A stretch of DNA of 64,000 nucleotides from Styela clava (taxonomy: Eukaryota): the NCBI RefSeq assembly GCF_964204865.1, contig NC_135260.1:9796001-9860000 (forward strand), written 5' to 3'. The position numbers and the translations under genes were made by a program. Under the pieces are notes generated by a model, which saw only the letters and a list, made by a program, of their open reading frames with translations, did not search any database and was not told the DNA's origin. Below, piece after piece: positions 1 through 14,322 of the stretch; positions within the stretch are counted from its first letter, which is position 1; each line of letters starts with the position of its first letter.

Positions 1-95
1 CAACGTGGCCAGAGAAAAATGAATATAGAAGCAACACAATTATGACAAAGCTGGCTTGCTCAGATATTATCATTTAATGAATTCATCATTTCCAG

Positions 96-3000
96 GTAAC
101 AGAAATTACTGAAAAGTTTATCAACGAAAGCAAAAAGGTGCTAAAGTTGAGAGAGGAGCTTGGCCAAGAAAAGATGAAATTTTCAAGTCAATTTGTCCCA
201 ATACAAGACAAGTTGAAAGAAGCAGAAGAAAAATTAAAACAAATGTCATCAAAGGTGAGGGAATGCATTGGCTAATATCTTTACAATGTTCTTTGTCGTA
301 ATTACTCACCTATGTGAAACATACGAATCACAATTTTCTGTAGTTTTTGTGACTGGTGTCACAAGTCGATAAAGCAAATATTTTTTGTATTCCCTGACAT
401 GATATTATCTGATTTTATTAATGTGGCATTTTAAATTTGGATATAATTTTGTAGTTTACTAAAAAGTAATACTAAGTGACATGAGATTACTGTAAGAATG
501 ATGTGAAGCTGATGCACTTTGAGTGTTAACACTGTTAAGAATTCTTCTAATAGATAGAGAGCAACATTTTTTTGAATATTCGTTTAGAAACAATCACAAG
601 CAGAAGAAGCAAATGATAGACTGAGACGACAAGTAATCATGTTAAAAACACGACTTGATGAGCTAGAAATTGAAAATGAAGAAAAAGAGAAAAAAATAAC
701 ATTGTTGAGAGAAGCTCCGGCTCCAAAACAGAAGAAGGTGAAAATGTTTTCATAAATATTTCGGATAGAATTTATTCCCAAGACGTTTCTATAATCACGT
801 ACTAAAAGATGAATTCAATAATGGTTGTTGGAAGCTTGCAAATGACACTTTTCATTATTAAACAACTAAATTGCCATTGATATGACTACTACTATTTAAA
901 TTCATGGTACTTTTTAGGCTGTACATGACACATCTTTCGACCTTGTGGACATGGTACATAAATTACATGAAACAGAGGAGAGATGTGAGGAATTAACAAA
1001 GCAACTGCTTGTAAGTATACAAACCATATATATATATATGCTTGAGCCGTTATTAGAATATTGAATATCCATAAAAGTCATGCCTTTAAAAATGAGTAGG
1101 AAATTAGCATAATATACAATCACTGGCACCTCATTCGATACATAATTAATACCACAGATAAAAGCAAAAGCTTGTGAAGATCTGAAGAAGGACTTATCAA
1201 AATTCAAACAAACCAACAATAATTGTAACCTGAAGGGCATATCAGTCACAGCAGTATGCACACAAACAGAAGACAGGACATTATCAGATAAAAAACAAGA
1301 AATTGAAAATCAGAAGTCTGTCGCCCCAACTCAAGACACTGTCAAATCCAACTCTCTTAGGAGAGCGCAAACTACTGCAAAATTACCCACTGCAAAAGTG
1401 TTTGTTGGGTCCGACATTTCACAGAGCAAACCAGCATTTTCAATCACAAAAGTAAGAACAGTACTTTTTCATGGGGTGTTCCACATCTTAAATCTATTAG
1501 AGAGCCTGCCTCTCAAAAGATTCATTTTAATTTATGAGAGGTATGATGCTTGAGTCACAAATAAAAACAAAGCAATCTGCAACTGTTTGCAAAATCATTT
1601 AAAGTGGGGTCTTTCATGATATAGTTTAACTTTAGATATATTTATATTTTCATAGATGAACAGCAGGCCACCAATATCACCTGTATCATCTTTGACAAGA
1701 AGTAGTAAAGTGGCCCCAGCAAATTTTCGGGTTACAAAGAAACCACCACCTTCGCAACTTAAAGCAGAGATCCCTCCAACACCAGTGGAAAACAAATCAT
1801 TACAGGATGTCTCATCCATAAAATCTGAGCACAGCAAAAACACTACAACCATGAAAGCTAAAAAATATGTGGATACTGGAGCACCAGTTAAAACAACTGC
1901 CAATGAAAATATCGCATCGATAGCTGAGTCAACAAGCAAACCTACAACAAGTATGTATATATGCCACAGATTAGCTTGCATGGAAGTTTGGGTTTAACCT
2001 ATAGATAACAACATATTTTTTAAATTTGATCCTGTGCTAAACGCTGAGTGAATAATTCGATTTTTTGATCATTGATTGATACTATGAAAGATAGGTAGCA
2101 TCATACTATTTTAGCCCAAGTCAAGATGACAAAGCACATTGTGTGTGGTACATATCATTGCTTGGCCATATGACAGAATTAGTCGGGCAAAAGCATTGTG
2201 TGTTGCTAAAATCATTTTACATTCACCCAACAAGATGCAGCAAAATACAAACAAGTTCAAACCAAATCAAAAAGTTCAATACCATCTTCACCAAAAATTA
2301 TTAGATCAAGAAATCTATCTAAAACAAGGGAAAGCGGGAAGCAGGTATTTAGACCACTGTCACCAATCAACGTTTCGTACAAAAGTCCATGTTTACTACT
2401 TACTATTATTATTTGATTGTCAAAATCCTTAGTATTACTCTTGTTTGTCATCTTGCATGTACTTTGCATGTGTTATATATACATATTGTCATTACCATTA
2501 CCGTAAATCCTTTTATGTCATACAGCCAAATATTGCTTTTATATTTTATTACATACAATTTTTATTGAGCGATATTGGAAAAGTAAGTAGCTTGCTACAA
2601 ATCATCTCAATAACCCAATGCTAAACAGATAAAATAGTCAATTGAAACACTGAGTAATATTTATAAGGGTGTGTAAATGTAGCTCAGATTGTAATATCTT
2701 AGCATTAACGGAAGTAATCATTGAATGCAAACAATAAACAATATGTTCAAGCAAATGTAGCACACATGTTAATATGACAGCATTAGGGAAGTTTCAAATA
2801 ATAAATATTAATATGACTCTAAGTTGTAAGTACCATTGATACTGGTGATAATAACAACAACTTGTGAAATTAAGCAATTTTTCAAATACAAATTTATTCC
2901 AAAATATCTCTTGGATTAGAGAATAATATACGGTGTTTGTAGTCCATGCACATTTTTTATTTAGTAATTTTATTTTAGTATTATTTGAGAAAAAATTTAA

Positions 3001-3334
3001 ATCAATTACTGAAGAACCAATTTGATAGATAGAAACTTGTCCCAATATTTTCCCTTTAAAAGGAACTAGAATAACAAGATGCATGCTGTATGTGAATGTG
3101 ATATGATTAGTCAAGTTTTATGTTCCAAACACAATATAATCTTACGCAAATTATGAGAAAATGAAAACTTGGATGCCCTCATGTGATCTGTATTTTTAGG
3201 TAACACCAAAGGACTCAATGTCACCAACAAGAATACCAAAATTCCGAAGCAGCCAAACGTTTCAAAATCTTTCAGAACCTTCCAAGTTCAAAGGGACTTC
3301 AGTGAATTACAGAAAAAATGGGCAGCCAAAATAG
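96..3334 (+). CDS. 3' part of an unidentified coiled-coil protein with a basic Ser/Pro/Thr-rich tail (5' end lies outside the window)
   Basis: In-frame GT/AG exons 96-254, 588-737, 918-1010, 1158-1451, 1656-1950, 2235-2344, 3200-3334 (TAG). E/K/L heptad-rich N-portion; motifs VCTQTE, SSIP and TRIP; AATAAA near 3742. Confidence 0.75.
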
Positions 3335-4973
3335 CAAAATAACAGTGAAGTGCCATCATACTATTTATATATTGAATTGTTTCAAGTTTTGAACTTGCCA
3401 AATATTTTTTTAGTTCAGAGAAAACATCGTATTGCAAACCTATTTCAAAAATAAAACTATATTTTATCATTTGTCATTATTGTTGTCTTTAAATACTTTG
3501 TGGCACATACACATTTTACTTCTATCAATTTGTTATATTATATGTACAGTGCTAATGGTGCCTTATTATCACATGTCAGATATTTCAATGAGATATCTTA
3601 TTTTGAGTCATTGTCAATATGTGTTCAATCTCAATAGGTTGGCAAACAATCATTTATTGTATACTATTTATTTCTTCGATTTTTATTTTCTGCTTTCGTT
3701 TCATAATCACCAATTGCACTTGTGTAAATAATATACATTGAAATAAAAATGCCTCAGCAAAATGAGTTCAGTACATGTGCTTTGTATAAAGAGTCACTGT
3801 CAATGAGATTAGCAGTGAATGATTGTGTAGTTAGAATATAAGTACAATAAAGCTTCACTTCATAATGGCATTCCATGTAAGCTTGACTGAAAATCCCCAA
3901 TTGCGCATTCTCATTTTCCTCACAGCACGTACTTCATTTCCCACAATTACTGTTTTGAACTATGAGGATAATCATAGCATCAGCCATGAAAGAAAAGGAA
4001 GTAGCATCAGCTAATAATATACTGTGTGGTAGTAGATGAGCACCAACCTATGAGTCACTTCTTCCTTTTCCTCTACGAAGCCAACGCAGTTGAGTACTGT
4101 AGTTTTGTTTTTAATACAATACTTTGGCATGCATATTAATTGTTGAGGCTTCATGTAAATCAGTGGGAATAATTTAGAAAGAGATCATTTTAAATAGGCC
4201 TGGCATATTTAAATGCAGTGAAGGACGGGAAAATATAGAATATGTAATGGAAAAAGTAGAATGGTAACTACAATAACATCATGAAAGGCCAAGCGCGCTA
4301 TAAAATTTGAAAAATGTGAGCTAATTACCTATACTAAACTTGGGCTTCAGATAAATAACAATTTCACCCAGTGAGAATATTTTGCTTCAGTATTACAGAA
4401 GTTGCAAAATAGAGGGTAATGCGATTATATACATGAGAAGTATTTTGCTGTCTCATACATCACGTCTCACAACAAGTGTCAGTGGTATGTGGAGACTATT
4501 CTGTATTTAAGACTATACAAGGCATGAAATTTCATAATAATTTAGAATTGCATAATTGGAAGTAATATGAAACTGAATCACTGTGAGACAAATTGGAAAG
4601 AACAATAACAGTAAAAACTTGCTTGTCAAAAGCTTTCTGAGTACATAATACTGTAATATATAGAGTCATATTAGTATTATGACTTATGGGCACAATGAGA
4701 TAGATCTATGTGACTTCTAATAGATAATGGCAAAATCTTGATATACTACTAAAGACTTCCTTCAAACATGATCCAAACGCATGGTTAATCTATGAATACA
4801 ACGTTCATAGGGTGGGATTACAAGCTGAACTGGTAGAAGTAATGACATGCAATGTTTAAAACCACAATATTCTTTCGTTCAAATAAGTCCCGAATACAGC
4901 ATGCTTGAAATAGATTGATAGTTAACATTCCAGTACTTTGGGATCCTTCAGATTATAACTAAAATATGGGAAT

Positions 4974-7900
4974 ATGGATCACGTAGTTCCACGATCACAT
5001 GCATACTCATCATCGGATGCACCCCCCGTAGCACCAAGGCCTGATTTAACCCTAAGAAGGTATCACTCTTCAAATCCTGATGACAGAGTCAGGTGAGAAA
5101 TATCTTTTTAAAGCCTCTATCGCAGGGTGTTCCAAACCCACGCCACATGTGGCCCGCGTCGCATTCGAATGCGGATTCTATTAGCCTGGGATGGCTATAT
5201 GTCTGATAACTATGTGTTTGCACAATAAAAGGGTTTGTTTGCCATTGCACTGTTTACCTATTTTTGGCATTATTGTGGCCCGCAAACAATGCAAAAATGA
5301 TTTTGTGACCCTGCTCTATCGAATAAAAAAATGTTTAAGCTTTCTAAAAATACGATAAGTCTATTAAACTAACTGGAAAACCTTACTTGTTGATTGCAGT
5401 TTAACAAAACAGAAGCCATATGAAAGTGATTATGAAAAAGTGAACAAGCTCCTACGCCATTCGTTATATACAAAGGTGAGTTTCATTAGAAAAAGCATAT
5501 ATCAAAAAAAATAGGGGGTCATCTAACAGATATTTTAGGTTATGGTTTCCATGTGAAGTAACCAAACAAACTCAGATAACTAGTACAGAATGTCCAAAAA
5601 CGCTGGGTGTTGTTGATCAGAACTTCAAGAAAGTATGGTCAAAACTAGATTAACAAAAATAATATAACGGATAACAATTGCAACATCCATGGAAATTTTA
5701 ATAAACAATAGCTAAGAATGAGGCCACACTAACAACCCATTCAAAGTTGAAATAATCTGACTAATAAGGAAGGCTTTTGGTATCATTATTGGATCAAAAT
5801 CCCAATGTTACAACAAGACCATTCGTATTCCATGTAAATTCGAAATCCAAGTTTTGGTATTTATCAAAAACTTTGTATGAAAATTTCACTCAGAATCGTA
5901 AGGGCAATAGAAGAGTCCCTGACCAGGAAAACACAGTATCAGAAATGGGGCCAAGACCAAGAACACAAACAAATATATTGGTGCAACCAGTTATCCAGGA
6001 AGATGAAGGTACATATTGTAGCTACATTCAAACACTGTCAGCATACTTCAGCTAATATATTTTGCATTCCCACGTTCAGATATCTACTTGTCACCTGAGG
6101 AAATAGCAAGTATGCCACAATCTGTCAATTCTTCAATACAAATGCACAAAAGCACATCCATACCACAAACAGCAAATCCACCTCTTTCAATCTCTTCTGA
6201 AGATACACAGAATCACCCAACATGTGAGAATATTATATTGTATAAGTATTCTAATATTAGAACATTGTGTAAAAGTGGCAGGGAGTCCGTAACTCATTTA
6301 AATGTCACTGCGATGGGTAGATACCTGGACCTGTGATATACTACTTCAAAAGTGGAGTACGATATAAACTCAGGCTGTTGATTCTAATCCGTTGACGTGG
6401 ACACCATACTCATAATGAAAATAAATATTTTCAGTTAGATAAAGTACAGATGGCGTTTTGCTGAAAATATTGATAGGTTGGTTAGGCCTAGGGTGCAGAA
6501 TTGCGCCAAGATCAAGATGTATTTATCCTTTTTGTAGGGGCATCAAATTCTTGAAATTCAACATCTTCATTATACTTGAACAATGTCACTTTTTTCTCTG
6601 TTGAGTATGATTTACCAAGTACACTGATATAAGGAAATATCTAATAATGATAAACTTTTTACATATATAATAAATCATCTTCCAGATGCAGTTGTTAATA
6701 AAAAGTCAGGCTTCAAAATAGAAACTGCAATTTATGGAGTGGCTCAAGGAAAAGGTTCAAATTTTGTAATGGAAATGAAAGAGATTCAAAGGACAGTGAA
6801 CAAATTTTATGGAAGAATCATGAGTACAAATAGCAATGCCCCAGAAATAGCAGATTTGAGAACACATCTCAGGTAAAAACATGCAGTGACTGCAAGTTTC
6901 TTAAGCATCAAGCCAGTGAGCATTAGTGTAACAAAAGATTTTCAAATTAATTGTTCTCTATAAGAAGAGTTCTTTATCGCCTCGCAGAATTCAACATTAC
7001 AATGTACCTAGATGCAAATCTCCTAATCAATTTTTCAAAGTCTCATTGATCAGTATTAGTCATTGTCTTTCATAGGTATACAAAGTTTTATATTCAAATA
7101 AGATGTACACAACACACTATTGTAATAACAAATTAATATGAATCAATGTATCGGCCAGGATTGGTTGGAGATAAAACTAATTTATAGTCATCACAAGTCT
7201 AATCAATATATCAAGATTTCAGAAAAAAAAAATCTAATTTCGTGTAGGTATGATTTCGAAGTTGATGTAAGCATCTAAATTTGTGCTTATTCAAACCAAC
7301 TTTTCGATATTAGTTTTTATATCTGAAATACCCAGGTGTAAATAAAGTCCTTTTACAATCAAAATTTAGTTTTCAATATATCCTAACCAGATTTGTTTTA
7401 TTTTAATCATAGTTTATTCAATTTCTTATTTTTTTACACCTTTTGCATAAAACACATCGAAGCTCTTTACCTAATTTAATACACGATTTTATGAACACTC
7501 TGTATTATATGGCAGTTAATCATGCTAAAAAAATACACAATCTCTACAAAAAACTAAAAAAATGCCATGCCGATTTCACCTAATATTAATTTTTTGATAA
7601 ACCGCAAGCTAAAAGCTTTAATAAATAATGAGCTTTTCATTATTCAATATTCATCGCTAATAAATTTTTCTAGGACTGGTGATAAAGCTCCAATGAGTGA
7701 CATTTTGAGGAAAATTCATCTAAGTTTGCAACCACCTGAACTACATAACGAAGAGGAAGAAAATGACACAATGTACCTGGTTGATTTTCACAATTGTGAG
7801 AGTAAGTCACAATTGAGAGAAAAACTACTACGGCTGTTCACAATACCTGGACCGCGTGAGTTGCTTTTCATTACAAAATCCTATAGTTGTAAAATGAAAC

Positions 7901-9414
7901 TCTCACAATAAGGTATTACCCTGAGAGGAGAAGGAAAGACTTCAAATCAAAATTCGATTGAAATTTTTCATTGAACTTTTTTTTTAAATGTTTTCCATGA
8001 TTTTTATATTTTAGCTTCAATTGCATATCAGCGAGTGACTGCAAAATTAGATGCTTTAATTCACACCTTTGCAGAAATTGTCATTACCTTGAGGGCAGCA
8101 AAAAATGAAACAATTGTCAGTCCATACCACGCTCAAAGTATTTTACAGAATGCAGGTAACAAATGATTACATCAACATGATGCAGTTTCATGTGAATTTT
8201 TAAAAAGAATCTTAGTAAACTTATAAACGCAGTTAAAATTACAAACATGGACTTATTAAAATTAGGATTAGGGAAACCCTGAATTAATGGAAACAAGAAA
8301 AAAAATTGAGATGTTTTTCAAGAGTTTTGTGTATTATGGAATGGAAACAATATGTCAGCATCAAAACAAATTCACATAATGCCTAAACTGAACTGAAGAT
8401 AACAATTGAGATATTATTGAATACAATATATAAAAAAAGACAATTGATTTCAGTGATGTACCAGATTCACATTATTGTTGTGAGAGAAAGACTGCAAGAT
8501 GTGATAAAACTAAATGACATTATTTATAGCATCAGAAACAGATCAACTAATAAAGGTTCTGCAAGCTAATGAACTTTGGATAAAATGGGGAACAGAGACT
8601 GGACTTCCACCGCTGAATCATGTCTATATGCTGAAACAGTCACCAACATATGAAGTAGGTATTGACTGTGACCATGGCAAGAATAATTAATTGAAGGGGA
8701 GTTATTTTATGTATCACTTTTATATTATTTTCAGTTAAACAAAATACAAGGTGACCCAAAAAAACAGAACCCATAAATTTCTGTATCACTTCCATGAAAA
8801 TTAAATTTTTTTATTATACACTCAAACTGCTATTTGTGTATGATTGTACTCAAAATTTCAGTAATATAGGATGCTTTCCATAGAAGTTATGTTTCTCTAA
8901 AATATGTTCCAAATGACCTCGGGTCATCATGTAGCTATATAATCATTTTAATTTGTTTTCAGATGAGAAAATCCATAGTGCTTTCCATAATCGCAGAAAA
9001 ATGTGACGTCATCAAGGCAATGCTATCCCATCAAGTTAGACAAGAGGAACTTATTCCACCTATTTACAGCAAGTTGGAGTCAGAAGAAGGTGAAAAATGG
9101 CAGGTACTATACCAAATTCTATTAAACTGAAACTGTAGGTGTACAAGAATATTTGTTATCTGTTCCTGAAATTTAGGTGACGGAATATGACCCAGACACA
9201 AAATCCCTTGAGACTCGAGAGACAGCATTTCCAATATGGATTACAGAATGTCCCAAATTAAGTGCACATCTTAAATCACCAAACAGGTTAGTTAAAAATT
9301 TTGTGACAATATTAACTATTTTACAAGTGTGATTAAATATTAACTCGCTTTAGAAGATATTTTTTCAAATTGATAAGAATAGCATTTACTCATTCTGGAA
9401 AACGAAACCAATAA
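4974..9414 (+). pseudogene. Multi-exon gene of unknown family, disrupted by stops and frameshifts
   Basis: Exon-like blocks with canonical splice sites: 4974-5092, 5400-5475, about 5539-6220 (several stops/frameshifts), 6686-6872, 7674-7912 (TAA at 7909-7911 just before the donor), 8015-8155, 8530-8654, 8963-9103, 9177-9285, 9354-9414. The later exons join in phase. Confidence 0.55.
5123..5313. mobile_element. hAT-type MITE
   Basis: Termini CAGGG...CCCTG; 8-bp TSD CTCTATCG at 5115-5122 and 5314-5321; internal TGTGGCCCGC motifs. Confidence 0.8.
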
Positions 9415-10338
9415 TGAAGGACCTAATCATATGACAATTGTGGCCTTGCATCTAGTAATCATGTATGTTGGGAATGTGAATGGTTAACCAATTATTCGTT
9501 CTATATGCATGTACAATAGTTAGTGGAGGAAGCCAACAGAGTAATCAGAGGTGTGATGAAAAGCGCAGAGGTGTGATGCACCAACGTACAATAACCCATT
9601 ACCCAATTGCAAAATTGTATTAGCCAGTGTAATTTTATTTACTAGTACCTTTTCCTATTAGTTTAATCGCGAGTGCAAAAAAAAATATTCGCTGTTATTT
9701 ATTATACTGCACGATTTTTCCAAATCAAAAATGAACTATTTTTACAAGGACTAAATTCAAGCATGGCGATCACACATATGCTCTATACTCCGTTTATTTG
9801 GTCGTAATTAAAGACATTACAATGGCAGAAGGAAACTTCCCTAAGGAAAGTAGGATACCATGCAGTCATCAGGTAAAAGCAAGCATGTTATCCATCTTCG
9901 ATATGAACACTACAAATAATAGTGAATCGGGTTTCCTTTAGTGAATATAGCATAACAATACATACAGTGGTTTTAAAACTAAAATAACTACATAATGAGG
10001 TACTCAATTAACCAAAAAACAAATATATAAAACAGATCGTTCTTTATAAAAGAAAATTGTTATTTAGCCGTCTTTTTGAAGTCAATTCTAAAATATACAC
10101 AATAAGGAAAAATAGTATCAGAAACTTTCACAAGTTAAATCTATAAAAACGTATACAAGTTGGATAAAAAATTAATTATGAATACAAGTTACCATTTGCA
10201 ATATCGTTGCATTTTGATAAACATCATAATTTTGTTTTAAGATTTATGTTGGCTCATCTTCTACTGGAGTGCTATACAAATTTATGAATGTTGAAAACAA
10301 TCACTGTGATCATATCAAAGATATTTTGGATAGAAGTT

Positions 10339-11070
10339 CTATGTTAAAAACTTTTCGATGCCATCAAGATAGTGAGTTGGTAGAGGTAAGAAAGAAATTT
10401 TATACAATGTTTCTACATTACAGGATATCCGAATGAGCATATATTTCATATGCAGTAATATCAGGCCGTTGCCCAAAAATATTTCCACCAACCTGTTGTC
10501 GAACTCAATTAAAGTCATACTGATTGCAAAATGTATGACTGAAAACATCACATAAGTTTGAATCTGCCCAAAGCAACTGAAGATATTGCACTAGTTTAAA
10601 CAGTATATACGGTAGTTCAAATAACAACTCTGAATTGAATATAACAAAAATAGCATTAGAAATCGGTAAACCAGCCTTCTGTCAACTACTGAAGATGAGG
10701 AAAAAGCATTTCAACTAATGCTAGATGATATATGAGTACTCTTTCTGGCTTTAATATATATTTTTGATAGATTGTGCACTGATATCTATTACAAATGCAA
10801 ATATTAATGAAAGATTTTATATGACAGGCCTGCCTTGCACTTTCATGGGCAAGAAGACAACCTAGAGCAGTCTTTGTGATAAACTCCTTCCAAGAAGGAA
10901 ATATGGCGAAACTATCATTGAACAAGAAAAAACCATTCCACGACAAAATGATAAACCTGGAGCAGCATTACATTTCTAGCAAGAAACTGGGTCCAGCAAA
11001 TGACATGCGATATGGCATGAATAAGTTAGGAGACAATATATCACCATAACAATATTTCTTTCACAAATGA
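10339..11070 (-). pseudogene. Decayed SOCS-box-containing gene fragment
   Basis: C-terminal peptide LLHMKYMLIRISC...ISFLPLPTHYLDGIEKFL resembles a BC-box plus LPLP Cul5 box; upstream frames are broken by stops and shifts. Confidence 0.45.
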
Positions 11071-11702
11071 AAGTCTAAGTAGTGCAACAAAGTTTGATTT
11101 TAAATCTAACAAAGAAACAAAAACCACGGAGAATTGAGAGAGCATGATTAAACCAATACCTATTAAATAACTGTCTCTTATACTATGAAAGTAACATTTC
11201 TAAACATTTTAAAAAAAGTTTTGTTTTTTCAACTGATTAAAACTACAGTGTATAAATTTGTTAACACATGAGTTGTGAACAGCGTGAAAAGAATGTTTTT
11301 CAACATGAATAAAGACAAAAAAGAATTCAAAAGTTGTCAAATTGTCGAATGATATTGATGATAATTAAAGTGGATGATATTCATTACCGGTAATTCATAA
11401 TAGTTTATGGGAATTCTTTTGGCAAAATTATTTGCCATTTTCAATTCAATTCACTTTTTGGTATATTTCAAAAAACTTATCAACATCAAGATATAAATAC
11501 CATCCATGTTTCTTCCATACTTATTCATGAGTATTCACAGATAGTTTAGTTTCTAGTTAAACAGTCACAGATTGAAGGGTTCAAAGTGAAGAAAAAATAT
11601 GTGTGACTAATATTACATGCTGCACAGCTAATTTGAGCAATCTGTCGGTATAAAAGCTTCAATAAGGGTCCTAAAATATTATGCATACCCGAAACTTGCT
11701 TA

Positions 11703-12029
11703 CCACTCTCTTTAGCATAATCTGTTTCATTTATATCTTGCAAGGATTGTGATGTTTAAAACTTTCTGACACCGCTTCTCTATACTTATTCGTTTTCTAT
11801 TTCCAAAGTCACTTATCCCACTAGCTTTCTTCAACACACTAAATTTGTATTCACTGACGCACAATCTTCTACTTGCTATAAGTTACAACAACATAACATC
11901 CAAATGAATATCAGTATTCAAGATACACAAATAGGACTTACTGTTTGAAATACCCTCTTCTTCTGACCCATCGGACCTTTTATCGTCCTCATCCGAATTC
12001 CACCATTCATCTTGTAAATCGTCAGCCAT
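11703..12029 (-). pseudogene. CMSS1: 5' fragment of CMSS1 (Cms1 ribosomal small subunit homolog)
   Basis: Exon 12029-11942 encodes MADDLQDEWWNSDEDDKRSDGSEEEG (human CMSS1 starts MADDLGDEWW) and ends in a GTAAGT donor. The next exon (about 11876-11703) is frame-broken. The conserved core (LFAKH, GTPGR) was not found downstream. Confidence 0.6.
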
Positions 12030-13094
12030 CTATATAACTTCTGTAAACAATATTTTGGAAAGTTAGCATGGCCGACACAAATATGAATGTATATTAGGAT
12101 AATTAGGTGTGTTACGAAGATTTCAAAATACAAAATTTGTGGATCAAACAGGCATAACTTTATTTTCTCTAATCCGTCATTTTATGTTGCAGATTCCAAA
12201 TCATTCAACACTAGACGCCATGATTTTTGACCAGCTTTTTTATATTGACTGGATGAGAGCGCTCCAAATGAATTATAAACTCTTGTATTACATTTTTTTA
12301 AATGCAAAGAGCAGCTATGAATTTATATATTTACAGTGAATTTCAAATGGCAATGTAGCCCAAAAACGTAGGCAATAATGGTTTAGACAAATTGTGCCCA
12401 AACCAAAAGGACATGTCGAAAGAGACTTATAGCAGTAGGTGAATGATAGTTTAAAATGAAAGATCTAGATAAATTATGTTTGATAGAAGTATTGAAATGT
12501 TCCATATATTATTATAGTTTACACACGCAAGGTGTTCACATTGTTCAACATGATAGGGCAGCTTTTAAAAAAGAAGCATTGTGAACAATGAAGAAGCGCA
12601 AGTATAAAATGAAACGAATGGAGCATGCATATTAGCTCCCTATTATAAACTAGTAAAAAAATATTAATTTCATAATTTTCAGTGCAATATGCTGGATAAG
12701 AACCTTTGTCTAATTCGTAATAATTTGATATTATCTAGTAAATAGCAATAAATAATTGATAAACTTATATGAAAATTTGGCATTAATAAGCTTTCAGCAT
12801 GAATATAGAGAACATCTGATGCAATATATATATTTTTAATAATATGCTAAAAATGAAAAGTAGAACATTATGGACTGATGCACTTTAGCATGGATTTGAG
12901 TTCTGTAACAAGAAATCCTTAAAATAAACTATGTCCAGGTACAAAGGGTTAAACGTTAACTCTGACCCAATAAACAATCCCAATTTCAAACTTCAAGGAA
13001 AGTAAGAATGATACCATTATTCAATACATTTCATTTGGCGCATGTTCACTAAACAATGTAAGTTGGCTCCTGGCCACCTGGCTCGGTCATTCTA

Positions 13095-13377
13095 GTATTA
13101 CGTCATTACTACCTCACAATCTACCTCGCCTGAAATGGCATCTTTGCCAACACGATTTCTCTCATATCGTGATCATTACGACAAGAAAACTATAGCTTGC
13201 TTGATTTCGGGTGATTGTCTGCGCGTCTTGGATGACAGTTAGTACAGTAGTATAGTTTGGAGGGCCTTATTACATTACTGTGATGTCGAAGTGACATAAT
13301 TTTTGAACGATGTAGTCAGGTGGGAGTTAGGAACAACATATGCAAAAATGATTTTGCCACACCAACTAGAAGTACTT
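13095..13377. mobile_element. Partial copy of palindromic MITE family A
   Basis: Aligns by eye to the internal and right portions of 43628-44057 (gtctgcgcgtcttgg...gtagtcaggtggg.gttagg...ctagaagtac). Confidence 0.7.
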
Positions 13378-14082
13378 TTGTCCTGTTGTGAACATGGCCC
13401 TTTCATTTTTCAATAGCTTCTTGTAACTTTCTGTTTACCATGAGATGCGAATTTCAATATGATATTATGAGGAAATAAGAAATGATGATTAAAACTATAC
13501 CTGTTTTAGTGTATACCGGTACTAAAAAATACCAGCTTAAATACAGGCATAGTTGGATTAAATCAATCAATTCAAGATACAGAGATAATACTGTAATAAT
13601 GATAGTATTCAGCAGATACAGAGATATGATTGCATGACTTAATTCATTAATCATTACAGTAAATTTACATGGTATAAATTATTTCTCACCTTCAGACTGT
13701 CAAACCGTTTAGTTCGGACAACCTCTTTTCGCCGACTTTCGAAATTTCGCTTGAGGCAGACTCAAAGTGAATATGCAAGTGAGTCAGTAATAACTCAAGA
13801 ATTTCGAAATTCTACACCATTGAGTATAACAACACGTGTTTCTTTTATTTACCTCAAAAAGCATTCATCCGTGATGCTCATAACTTGCTCTGTAATATAA
13901 TAAAATAACTTTGAATATGTATAAGTATATCAACAATATAAAAAGTTTCTGTTAATATCATGGTGGCATGCTTTTTTACTTGCATTTTTTTTTTGACTAA
14001 CAAAAATTACAGTTTACCATATGTTCGATAGCCAATTATGACACACAATACGTGACACGCTTCATTAATTAAATTACACTAC

Positions 14083-14100
14083 TTAGCAACGCATAGCAAC
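14083..14100 (+). promoter_or_regulatory. Two tandem RFX X-box half-sites upstream of CCDC81
   Basis: TTAGCAAC GCATAGCAAC about 230 nt before the ATG of a cilia/centrosome-associated gene. Confidence 0.4.
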
Positions 14101-14322
14101 AGCTACGCGAAAGAAGCGTTCCCGGATTTGCGCTTTGTTTTGCATTTCCGTGCTGTTTGTATATTATTTCTTTTTATTTGTCTTCTGAAAACTAGTGCAT
14201 GGTCTGAAGCAGTAGCATGCAATTGTTGATTTAGAAACGTGACATTAAAATACTAAGCTGAAGAAAGGAATTGTTTACCTCATCAATTAAACCGATTAAA
14301 GGGTCGATATCCAAACATAAAA

